From: Lama glama
Taxonomy: Eukaryota
DNA: 64,000 nt
Direction of reading: 5' to 3'
Assembly: GCA_028534125.1 (NCBI GenBank)
Contig: CM052832.1
Location: 24,802,001-24,866,000, forward strand
Part shown: positions 24,586-36,075 of the stretch, one piece after another
Position numbering within the stretch: position 1 is the stretch's first letter
Layout: each line of letters begins with the position of its first letter
Made by a program: the position numbers and the translations under genes
The notes under the pieces: model-generated
What the model saw: only the letters and a program-made list of their open reading frames with translations
Databases searched by the model: none
What the model was told of the DNA's origin: nothing

Positions 24586-24810
24586 GAGGCTAACATTTAT
24601 TTATGGCTGTGCTAGGCACTTTGCACATATTAACTCATTTGATCCTCCTAACGACTCCACTAAGTAGATGCTATTAGTATCCCCATTTTACAGAGGAGAA
24701 AACTGAGGTGCAGGCATTCTGTAACTCCTCCAGGGCTGCATAGCTGGTGGAGAGTCAGAACTCCAACCGTCATGTCACTAGAGTCCTGTCATCCTGCTTT
24801 CCATGCTCTG
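24586..24810 (-). mobile_element. MIR SINE
   Basis: tattaactcatttgatcctc...attagtatccccattttacagaggagaaaactgagg. Confidence 0.88.
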
Positions 24811-26280
24811 CTCATCCCTACCCACGCCTTTCACCATGTAGTTCCCCGGCTGGATGGTTTCTCCTCTCTCCTCTGCCCATTCAGTAAACACATGCTGATT
24901 GAATTCCCCTCTTGTCCTGATTCACAGAAGCAAAGGGAAAGTAACCACAGTCCCGGAAACAAATTTGTTTTTGTCACTGAATCAAAGGTAGTGCTTTAAA
25001 AAAGCAGCATGAAACTGTGCTGTTGTATTCATACTCAATTTTTTAAAAAAAATTCCATAATGGCAGTTGGTATTATGATTAAGGTTTTCATTTTATTTAT
25101 TACTTTGTTGTGGTAAAACAGAACAAAACAAATCGTGCCTGAATTATCTTCCATGTGTCAGTAGAAAGGCGTTTTTCATGTCAGTATACTTCCTGCTTTG
25201 AGGATATTTTGATAATCAATCTGATCTTGACTCAGTGGCACTGGTCTCTTGGACTTTAAGCTAAGTTCAAGCTGTTCCCGAATAAAGATCAACTCCCTTT
25301 CTCTAGAATGGCCCACAGGCTCTCACTAGCTCTAGTCAGTCCTCAGGATTAGACTTTTGATTCATCCTTTCTTTTCTGTTTTCTTTTTCATGCTGAAAGT
25401 ACAGCACTGAAAATTCTTAATTAGAATTCAGGTACTGTGCGGATAATCATCATGCTGCTTTTTTAAACACGTGGCATGCCAGCAGCTTTCAGAGTGACAA
25501 AATGCAGGTTTGTTGTGTCATTACGTTTCTGTCCTCTGCAAGTAAGGAACTAATTTTGCCCAAAAAACAAAACACTGGCTTTTTTTTTTTAATTAAAGAG
25601 ACTTTATGGCTTGTGGGCAACTTCTTTCATTACCCTAATAATTGGAATAGTCCCTGTAGTAACAATTAACTGCTTCCATACACTATGAACAAGAGCAGCA
25701 TTTGCAGAATCAGCTAAAAGAAATCACACGAGTGTGTGTGTGTGTGCTTGTGTATGTGTATAAATCTGAGCCCCAGATGCTTGAACAGTGATAATTGTCC
25801 CCTGCTACTGTGTGGTGGGTGATGGGGAGGCCTTTGTGCTGTGGAACAACAGCCTTCACGATTTTACACAGTAACAATGTGGAAAGGACCTCAGCTCTTT
25901 AAAGATAGTCTCCGTTTTCTTTTACAAACCCCGTATCACTGCAAACCAGAGTTCCTGTCATTTACCACTTCAAACTCCTTTGAATAAGAAACGAATCTTA
26001 AAGCTCCAACTCTTTAACAAATGTTGGATGTTTTCTTTCATCCCAAACATCTTGCTCTTTTTTTTTTAACCAGAGAGTAGAGTCAGTGTTGTGTAGCCTC
26101 TTACTTTTTCACTTTTTTTTTTTTTTTTTTGGCTAGAAATAAAATGCTGATAAATACCGTTTGAGAGTAAGACACCAAGGGCAGGGAATTTGTTACTGAG
26201 TGCCATTAGGAAGCCATCTCCATGGGTTTTTAATGGATTCATCCTGCCTTTTAGGCCCTGATATAATTTTCTTCTAGAGC

Positions 26281-26650
26281 CAGTGGTTCTGTAACTCATG
26301 TAGCATCAGAATCACCTGGGCATTTTTGAAAAAATTCTTAATGGCCAAAGATTCTGATTTAATTGGTCTGAGGGGTGGTGGTGGGGAAGGGGAACAGTGC
26401 ATCTAGATTGCTTAAAACATGATTCTGATGATTGGAATCAGAGGAGGATTGAAACCCGCTGTTCCAGACCCTAGATTATTGGTTTTAAAAATCACATTAG
26501 GTCACTGGAAAACTAAAAAAATACTGATCCTGAGGCCCCACTTGAGACCAAGCATATCTGAATATCTGGGATGGGGCCAACACTGGGTATTTATTGGAAG
26601 TTCTGCAGGCGATTATAATGTATAGGCAAAGTTGAAAACCATTAGTCTAG
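26281..26650. mobile_element. Two adjacent MER5-type MITEs
   Basis: cagtggttct...gcatcagaatcacctggg...gattctgatttaattggtctgagg...gaaacccgctg, then a second copy ending ggcaaagttgaaaaccattag. Confidence 0.75.
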
Positions 26651-27346
26651 CCTATGGGTTTATGTCAGTCTGCATGATGTGAATTTTACTGAAGCATCAG
26701 TAAGAAAGTACATGAAGTGTTCTATTGCATGCCACACAGCATAACTTCTTAAATGTTCCTTTTCTTTTAACAGCTTTGCTTTTCTCCAGAGTTCCTTTTG
26801 CTAAAGATTAGTCCCTCTTCTTTCTCTCTCCCAGAAATCCTTTTCCTCCAGGAGCTTCTCCAGGCACTTTCCCCATAGATGGGTCTTCCTTTTTCTCTAT
26901 ATTCCTTCTCAGATCAAACTCAGCAAAACATCTTTTATTCCTGACTCACATATTAGGAGCCTCAGGTTATCCTTCCAAAATGAGGGATAAATTATTTATG
27001 GATTACATTTCAGAAAGCTACAAGGCTAGGAGGAAAATGGAACACCCTATACCGAGAGAGAGAACTTGCAGATAGAGCTAAAAATACCCAGCGATGGATG
27101 AGGATCCTTCATCCATGAAAATCCATCCATGACAAAGCACATGAGGGTGGGATTGACTGTCTAAAAGGTGCCTCTTTCCTTTCTGTTTCCACTGTCATCC
27201 CTGAATCAGGCTTTCTTAATGCTTCCCTGGACAACTCTTAACTTCTTTCTAGCTGCATTCCCATTCCCACACATCTTTGGGCCCTATTCCTATCATTGTG
27301 TTAGGTAAATACAAATCCATTCGGTTTTCCTCGTGCAATTAAACTT

Positions 27347-27535
27347 CAGTAGTAATTCTTTAACTTTTTGTGATCATAGATCTCTTTGAGGGTTTGATGA
27401 AAACTACAGGCCCTGTTGTTGAACACAGCTTCATATAATTTTGCATAGAGTTCCAGAGACTTCTTAGAACCTCCTGCATCCTGAAGCCCATTGACAGACC
27501 CATGGTCCATGGACTCCACACTAAGGATCTCTTCA
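27347..27535. mobile_element. MER103-like hAT-Charlie element
   Basis: cttaactttttgtgatcatagatctctttgagggtttgatgaaaact...aattttgcata...ctgaagcccat...ccatggactcc. Confidence 0.65.
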
Positions 27536-29349
27536 ATAAAGCCTGGTTAGGTCAACTGATTTGTAATGAGCTTTGACTGAGTTTAAATACTTGGATTAAA
27601 AAAAAAATTCACAGAAAAGGAAAGGTGTGGTGGGGGGGTGGTTATCACCATCACATTGTGAGACACTGACTGGCTGTACTTTAGCTTTAAGTTGTAAGTG
27701 TCCACCAGTTTTCCAAAGTCAAGGTAATTGAAATAGCTGAGTTATTTGAGTTATTTATATCTGGGTTGATGGATTTTTCTACTTCCTTTGTGAAGAATAA
27801 TGATAGTGATATAAACTTTGACACTGCATTTCACTTGCCAGTTTTCAAAGCATATATATTTATTTATTTTATTAATTTATACAAGAAAGGTGAGCATGGA
27901 AGAAATTAAACGGCATACTTGAGGTAACACAGTAAGAAGGTAGTTGAGCAGGGGCTAGAACTCTGGAATCCTAACCAGAACTCTCAGTGAAATATGGGTT
28001 CTAGTTTCAATTTTTTAAATATTTTAGGGTTAATGAGGAAAAAAGTTCTTCCTTTTCTCCCCAACCACCCCCCTCCCTTGTTATTCCCCCCACACTGGCC
28101 TTCCATGCATTGGCAAGGTTGCTCACTGGACAGAGGAGGAAGACCTGGCCCCGGGACCAGTACAAAGCTAACTAGTAATCAGGAGGATTGAACCCCAGGC
28201 CGGCCTTATTAACATCTGGTTGCAGCTGACTTAACCGCCCTCCCAAGAGGAAAGGTATAAAAAAAATCATTGTGGTCAGACTGTGGTTAATATTAAAGGA
28301 ATTTCAGAAGAGCCCGTTAATGATATGACACAGGGAGAAAAAAATTGTTGGTTTAAGAGCTGGCAGCAGAACTTTTTTTGTTGCAGGAGAAACATCTCTG
28401 TATTTAAAAATCCGCTGATGGTCCATTTGAGTTGGGGAGGCTGCTCTTCACACGTGCTGGGGATGGGCTTAGGTGAGATGAAGGAACAGCTCCACTTCTC
28501 TGCAGGACGGATGCCCATGAAGCGGGAGTCTCAGGGGATGAACGTGGAGGAGAGGGAAGAAAGCTCAAATGGTGGGAAGTGTGGCCTGGATAGAAGAGAA
28601 GAAGGTAGGGGGTGGGGGATTGACGGAAGGATTTTTGAAAATAAGGCTGCACAATCTTCAGCTTTAAGCAACCAGTTGCATAGTAACCCTGCTCACTGCT
28701 CTTACTCACTATCCCTCAATTAGTTCTGAAGCTTCAAGAAAAATTGACTACCAAATTGCCTTTTATAAATAGTGTTTTGGGGAAGTCATGTGGGCATGGA
28801 ACTTTTCATGTATTTATTCCTCTGGTGTCTTCTCTCTCTGTTGAAGCAGGTAGCAGCCATTGCAATGACTGGACTCAGAGACCTGGGGAGAACAGAACAT
28901 TATAAAGTCAGTGGCTCTTTCTATCTTTGGGTGAACTTAAGCCATTAGAAATTAGCAGAGGGCAGCAATGAGAGGAAGTAGGTGGGCTCAGAGTTATAGA
29001 GGACCTGGCACACTTGTGGCCGTGTCTCAGAATGTGGGAGGACCACAGTGAGCATGTAGGAAAAGACACTTTTGTAGATTTGGGGTGGGTGGATAAGAGC
29101 ATGATGAATTTAAGGTGACAGGATTTGTCTAAATTAATCAGGCAGTTGATATTTCAGGCCTTGAGCCCAGGAGAAAGATCTGGACTGGAGACCATGAAAA
29201 TCATGTCTGTATTATTCAATGTTTCTCAAACTGTGATTCAAAGGCCATCTGTGTAAAACTGTACCCTCCCCTCCCCCAAGTCCTCTGGGATTAGGGCCCC
29301 AAATTGTTGTTTTAATCCTGCTTCTCAGATGATTAGAAGGTTGTCTCAC

Positions 29350-30045
29350 AGTGAACACAGTGGGTTCTATGTACACATCCTTCATTTCTTTTTCTAATTC
29401 CTGAATGTATAATAACCTGGCAATTGAAGGAATTGCACATTTGTTCTCTGACTCTTGAAAAGAGGGCTACTATGGGAGGAAGGGCTACATGGGAGCCCCC
29501 CTCCAAAGCAACACTGCCACATCCTTCGAGGAACTGCAGAATTAGTAACCATATCAAGGACCTGGAAAATATGTCCTGGAATCAACTGCAATCATAGCCC
29601 TATTTAATGTCATCTCTTTGGCCAGTGCAGAAGTACTGGAGGTCTGGGAGAGTGGTTAGATTTTATGAAACGTAACTAGGTAGTAACTCCAACGGCAGAT
29701 GCTGTTACAGATGTGATCTGCTTTTACGGAGCAAATCAGCGCAATCCCAGGCGTCTGATACGCAGATGTCAATCTAACAAACACTTTTCTCCTAACCAAT
29801 AAGCAGATACCACTCAACGCGGTTTGCTTTTAAGCAGCAGCAATACATCCTTTCTGACGCCTACCTTAGCCTAGTCTGTAGAGACCCTGATCAGTTCATC
29901 ATCCCGGAGGACAAGGCCCTGTTCCACTGTATTGATTAGACCGTGCTAATTGAGCAGAAAGCATCAAGTGCCCCGGATATCTTGGTAAAAGCTAGCACTT
30001 ATGTGCTAGAGGGTGGGTTATAAATCTCATGAGAATTCAGGAATT
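29350..30045 (+). pseudogene. Decayed ERV-L (HERV16/ERV3-16A3-like) pol, protease end to reverse transcriptase
   Basis: Frameshifted peptides appear in ERV-L order: RATMGGRATWEP (~RAIMVGKAKWKP), IKDLEN, WPVQK, LFHCID*TVLI (~LVHYIDDIMLI), ARGWVINLMRIQ (~ARGWEINPTKIQ). Confidence 0.85.
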
Positions 30046-30109
30046 AGGAGATAAAGTTCTCTCTCTTTCACCTAAGGAATGACACAAAAAATTTTTGCTT
30101 TTCATATTC

Positions 30110-30295
30110 ATCACGTGCCGTTGGTGCCTCTCCTATCCCCTTGGCCTACTGTGGAGGTTGCCTGCAGTAGCCGGAAGTGCTGGGAATTAATGCCTCAGGA
30201 GTTCTGGGCAAATAACTTGGCCTCCTCACTCCTCAGTGGGGTAATTCTGAGCTGTGTTGCGCAGTCCCTCCACCGGTTTCCAGTGGGATTTGGGT
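30110..30295 (+). mobile_element. LTR16-like (ERV-L) LTR fragment
   Basis: tgggaattaatgcctcaggag...gcctcctcactcctcagtggggtaattctgagctgtgtt...ccagtgggatt. Confidence 0.7.
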
Positions 30296-30329
30296 TTTGT
30301 GTCAAACCTTGAACAATCTTTCTTCATTT

Positions 30330-30800
30330 TGAATATATTCAAAGCATACTCTCATGTTTTGCTCACATGCTATTAGTGTTTCATTTCACTTTTACATCTT
30401 TGATAGAAGTAAACTTTTTTTTAGTGTAGGATATTTTAGAAATATAATAAAAATTCCAGAGGACTATCCAGTTATCACAGTACCATTTATTAAGTAATCC
30501 ATCATTTCTTCACTGATCTGAAATGCTACCTTTATCATGTTCTAAACTCCTACATAGATTCTGGACTAGTTCTGTCCTTTCTAGTCTGTCTGTTGATTTG
30601 TCTGTCAATTGATGTGGCAGGGCCTTTTAAAATTATTATAACTTTCTAATGTGCTACAATATATGGAAAGATCTGACTTTTCAATGCTCAGACTTCTCAG
30701 AATATTCTTGGCTATTATTATTTATTAGTTTCCTGTATTTTTTTTTAGAGTCATTTCGACTGGTTCCCTCTCAAAAATCTAGTTGGTATTCTCTTTGGGT
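30330..30800 (-). mobile_element. Old L1 fragment
   Basis: ccagttatcacagtaccatttattaagtaatccatc...cactgatctgaaatgctacctttatcat, antisense L1 ORF2 region. Confidence 0.7.
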
Positions 30801-32264
30801 GTCAATTATCTCAGTAAGATTCTTCTTTTTCCTTCCTTCTTTTTCTTTTCTTTTGTCTTTTATTTGGGTATAACTTACATTTAGCTACATTTAACATTTC
30901 ATTTGGGCTTCTGAGGGGATATAAGACAAATGGGGGACAGAGCCGTCCCTTCAATAACACAAACCCAAAGAATAAGAATGAGGTTCGGTGATGTGTGGGA
31001 TATAGAGAGGTATTGAGAGGGAACTAGGGAATTCAATGTGTTGGGGTCAAGTCGGTTTTGTCTGTGATATTTTGAGCATGTTCCTAAGACTCTCCTATAG
31101 AAAAAACAGAATGATTGAATAAATAACCAATTTGTTCCACTTCTAAGGTGGCTTTATAGATTATGTTGGGGCTGTGAAATGAGAATGTGACACATGAGTG
31201 CTCTATTTTGACCCTATTTTTTGGCCTTTCCCTTTGGCCAACGGTTTCATGGGCCCTTACCTTGTGATGCAGGCAGGGATGCCAGAGACGCACTGTCGTG
31301 TCTGTATCTTGTGTCTTGAAAGGATTTGACAGGTGGAAGCAGTACAGTAACATTGTCTCTAACCCTGCTATGTCTACATCCACTTAGAACTCTCTAGAAG
31401 TTCTCAATTTTGTTTTTTCACCCAAGTCAAAGAAAAGTCCATTCAGTTGTTAAATTTTACCCAGCTTACCGGGCTGAATGGAGCTGACTCTGAACACAGG
31501 CCCTCAGTTTCACTGGTGCTGAGAGTGAAGATCAAGTCCTGACTCTCTCCTCCCACAGCTGCTGATTAAGAGCTGGTGCTGGTTTCTGGTCTGACCTTTA
31601 ACTGTAAAGCCTGAATTACAACTCCCTAATGAATGTATTCTCAGAGCTCTCTGCCAGCTGTTATTTCTGAACAAAGCATGTTCATAAGCAAAATCATCAT
31701 GCCAGGAGTAATGCCAACTGACCCAGTGGTGGTTCGAAGGAAGAGGGGAGGGGGAATCCCAGCAGTCCGCATTGCTTCTTGCTTCCTGACACATGCATGT
31801 TAATCTTTCTCATTCATCTCCATTAGCGCCTATAAAGCTCAACTTCACATTCTAGAAAAAATAAAGAAGGTCTGTGTTTCTAGGGGGGAACAGGCGGTTT
31901 CAGGCTGGGATAATTTAAGGATTGACCAAAGGGTCTGCATTCCTGACCAGAGCCTGGATTTCATAGACTGAAGAAGTGTCTGTTCTGAAAGGAGCCTTAA
32001 AATAATCTCTTCTGGATATTTTCCAATAACTTTTTGCTCAGAAATCAGACAAAAATCTTAGGTGAATGAATGAATGAATGAGTAAGTAAGTAAGTAAAAC
32101 AGAGAAACAGAATTGCTCTGGTTGAAAAGCAGGGTGGTCGGTGGTAGATTTTTGGGAGAAGAGCCCTTCAGTCAGTGGGGAGCAGAGTTAGGAAATGACA
32201 GATGGTACCCAAATTTTTTTTTCAAAGATACGGAAATGTGAAATGACTGGTCTGCAAAGAGATA

Positions 32265-32687
32265 CACGTTTCCCCAACTACCCAAACGTAGAGTGTTCCT
32301 GTGAAACCTTTCGCAAGCCGAAATGGTGTAAAGCAAAGAAGCAATTACCTTAGGACGCATCTTGCTAACAGATGCAGAGAGTAAACGGAGATAAGGCACA
32401 GATGCTCACAGACACAAGTTGAAGCTATCCTGGCTGGATGCGGAGATGCTGAGCCCCGAGGAAGGTGCTTAGTGCTGTTCCTGCTGGAGACGGTTGAGGG
32501 GAGGTGCACACTGCCTCTGTAACGGCTTCCGTTCAAAACCAAGGCTGAAACTATTTTCGTTCTTCACCTGTTTTCCTAAAAGCGAAAATCCTCTTTGGAT
32601 TTCTTTCCCTTAGCCAGAGCAGGTGATAAGTAGGTCTTTTGTAAAACCGAAGTGGCATAAAGCAAATTTTTGAAAAGCTAATACCTG
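32265..32687. mobile_element. Non-autonomous TcMar-Tigger element (MER82/Tigger6-like)
   Basis: TA on both sides. gtagagtgttcctgtgaaacctttcgcaagccgaaatggtgtaaagc ... aaaagcgaaaatcctctttggatttc ... aatacctg. Confidence 0.8.
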
Positions 32688-33294
32688 TAGCAATGAGGTC
32701 ATAATAGAACAGAAACTAGAACTTGAATGTCCTGACTTTCAGTGCAGTGCACTTTCTGGAATTTTAAATAATCAGTGGGAAATTTGGGCAAATGTACATT
32801 ATCAACAGGAACATTTGAAAGGAGATATGAATTCTAAAGCATAACAGTACTATAATGGAATCTGTGTCATCTGGCACACTATTTTATAAGAAAATTCTAG
32901 AACTTTTTAATAGTATGTTAATAATGAAAGTAAATATTTTTTTGCCAAGAAAGCAAATAATTTTATTAATGTGACTACACAATTATTCTGTTATTAAGTT
33001 CAGTTGGTGAGCACCACAGTTACTTTGTAATATACAGGACAACCTGGGAAAGGAGATTTTTTTGTGGGGGGAGGGGGAAGTGGCCATAAATGACTAAAAC
33101 TTGAAGGATACAGAAAGATATGGTCATTTTTTAAAAATCAGAAAAATAAATACAACATTTCAGGGTGCGTTCCAAATACAAGGATTTTGTTGGCTAGCTG
33201 AAGTCTTTGGAACACGTATTTGGAGTTAATAGCAATTGTCAGTCTGTTTGTTCTTTAGGATGAATAATAACATGAGTTTGGATTCCCATGCTTT

Positions 33295-34215
33295 TCTTTT
33301 TTCTTTTTTTTTTCAAGTAATTTTTAAAATGCAACTTAGAAGTTAATAAGGTAAAATAATAAAAATATTCCCTTGTCCCAATCCCAAGCTCTTCCCTGGA
33401 GGTCACTGCTAACGGTTGGATCATCCCCAGCATTTTTCTATGAATACACACCCACACTTACATCCACATACATGATTCTGCTGTTTGTTGTTATTTGCAA
33501 ATATGGGAATAGTGTATATATTGCCCTGGAACTTTAAAACAATAAAGCAGGTCACATCCTTCCATGCACATACACTTTCATTTTTCAGCTGCTTTGCCTG
33601 TGCAGTGTGGGTGTACCTTACTGTATTTACCCATTCCTCTGCTGGCCAGCGTTGATTGTTTCCAACACTTCATCATTTGAATGCTGCAATTAAGATTTTT
33701 GAACATACATGTTTGTCCACTCTTGTACATATTTATGCCAGATAGATCCTTGAAAGACTTGGTGAGTCCAAAAGACCCTTATCTTTTTGATAAACATTGG
33801 CGAATCACTCGACAGAGAAGCGAGGCTAGTTGACTCTCCCACTTGACACTGGCAGCAATCTTTGCCAGCAGTAACACTAAATATTAATCTTACTAACCTT
33901 GCCAATCTGATAAGCAGAAAGTTTGCACATCTTTGATTCTGAGATTAGGCTTCTTCTCGTGTGCTTATTCATCGTTTGCATTTTTCTCTGAGGGGTTTTT
34001 ATTCTTTTCCCTGTGTAAATTAAGTTGTTTGCCCTTTGCTTATTGAGTGCAAGGAGCTCCTCATGAAGCCTGGATGCTAACCCTTTGTTTACATATGTTG
34101 CAAGATTTTTCTCCAGGTCTGCTGTTTGTCACATCATTGTGTTTAAGGAGTCTTTTGTCATATAGAAGTTTTAAATTATGAAGTCAAGTGTGCCAATCTT
34201 TTCCTTTATACGGAA
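33295..34215 (-). mobile_element. Old L1 (L1ME-like) 3' region
   Basis: T-rich head followed by diverged antisense L1 motifs (tatgttgcaagattttttctccagg; tcttttgtcatatagaagttttaaatt). Confidence 0.7.
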
Positions 34216-34499
34216 GCTCACATTTCTAATAGTCTTTCAATATAAATTATTAGTCCCCTTGTCACTCCTAGACTAACTGCAGCAGTGATCCACTTCTCTC
34301 TGGAAATAAATCACACTAAATTTAAAATGCAAATTCAAACTTGCTGCTAATGCCTTTGACTAACAAAATCAGTCTTTATGGAGGAAAATAAAATTCTCCT
34401 CTTAAATTATATACAGATCAGAGAAGTCTCTAGAAGGCCTAGATAAGTGAGTATTCCAAATTAGAAAATGTGACATGGTTGGAAATCTCATGTTAAAAA

Positions 34500-34702
34500 G
34501 TCCAGCAAGGGGTAAAGAGGGTGGGAAGGGATAAATCAGGAGTTCGAAATTTGCACCTCTTGGGGAGTGATGGAAATGTTAGCTATCTTGATTGTGGTGG
34601 TGGTTTCATAGGTGTTTACATCTATCAAAACTCATCAAATTATACATCTGAAATATGTGTAGTTTACTGTACAGAAATTATGCCAAATAAGGTTGTTAAA
34701 AA
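34500..34702 (+). mobile_element. L1 3' terminus (L1MC/ME-like)
   Basis: ggggagtgatggaaatgttagctatcttgattgtggtggtggtttcataggtgtttacatctatcaaaactcatcaaatt. Confidence 0.85.
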
Positions 34703-35133
34703 TGAAAAGCCCAAGCAAACAATTATACAAATTTCAGCTTCTTACCAGTATGTTCATGTCTCTCAATACCTATTGTCTTTGTCAGCTCAAGTCTTGCTCA
34801 TAGGAGTCAAGATAATACAAGTGATTGTTAACATATAAATGACTGTTAAGACTTCATAAGAATTAACACCTTTGGATGAGCCCATCAATCGTTTTGAGGA
34901 AGTAGAACTCAAGAAGATTAAGTTTTGTTATGTGAGATAAAATGGGGACAGGTTTATCTTTGCTACTCTGGAAAAACTGAGGTCTTCATAGGAAATCAGA
35001 CTGTGTGGCCCATGAAAGCCAGCTGTGAGTCTAAAGATACAGGGTGCATAACAGATTCAGGGGCATGGGTAGTAGGTAATAGGGGAGAGAGAAGAAAAAA
35101 GAAAAAGACTAAGAGAAAAAGTCTTTGCACTTA

Positions 35134-35164
35134 TATATGGTGCTATATGGTATTATATGGTATT
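35134..35164. repeat. 10-bp unit x3 (tatatggtry)
   Basis: Directly visible. Confidence 0.8.
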
Positions 35165-35854
35165 GTCTTATTTCTCTGCTACATTGTGAGGATCAGTATT
35201 CCATCCCCAGTGATTGACAGTAAGTATTTTGAGACTATTTGCAGCTTATTTTCACATAAATTTTGTTTATGTACACCCTGTATTACCATTCAGTAACGGT
35301 GGTAAACTGGGTTCTCTGTGGCTGGAACAATGATACTCCCTGGGGTGATCAAAATTAACAGCAAACTTTGGGTTTGGGCGTTACTGTGCTCTGGTACTGT
35401 AAAGCTGTTTGGTCTAAAATTAGAATTGTAAGGAAGATTTGCTGTTTGTGCTTGGACCCCAGTGCTCTTTTTAAAGCCTAATTCAGAAGTTTTGAAAAGC
35501 CAGTGAGGGCTTTCTGTCCCAGTGGAGCTTATGAGTTATGACAGGAATCAGCAGGAACTCTCCCTCTCCATCTTGTTGCCTCAAGACAGATGGAAAAGAA
35601 GACTGTTATCAGGCCTAAAAATGTTGTCTAAAGTCAGGGGTAATAAATTGGCAAACAAATAAGCATTCCTTTGCAGCATATTCTAGAAGGATGCAGGAAT
35701 ACATACGTAAAGATACAAATATATATGATCAGCAAGTCTAGGCATTTAGGGTCCTTACGTGAAAAGGATCTAGAAAGCTGAAAAGGGATGCAGGAGGACA
35801 TAACAGCTCAGCACGGAGCTGGAATTCATGTGGCAACTCTGGTGAGGTCATAAC

Positions 35855-36075
35855 ATTTTAGAGCATTTACTCAGGAGCCAGACCCCCGGGCGAGAACTCT
35901 GACTCTGCTACTTGCCGGCTATGACTGTGGACACATAGTTTAACCTCGGAGGCTCTCAATTTCCTGCCTTGTAACAAAGAGAGTAACATCTGTCCACAGT
36001 GATGCTCTGCGGACTAAGTGGGAGGAACTGGATTCCACACTGAGCACAGTGCTGGCTCGTTCACAGTCATTATTC
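35855..36075 (+). mobile_element. MIR SINE
   Basis: ggagccagac...tctgctacttgccggctatgactgtggacacatagtttaacctcggaggctctcaatttcc. Confidence 0.7.
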
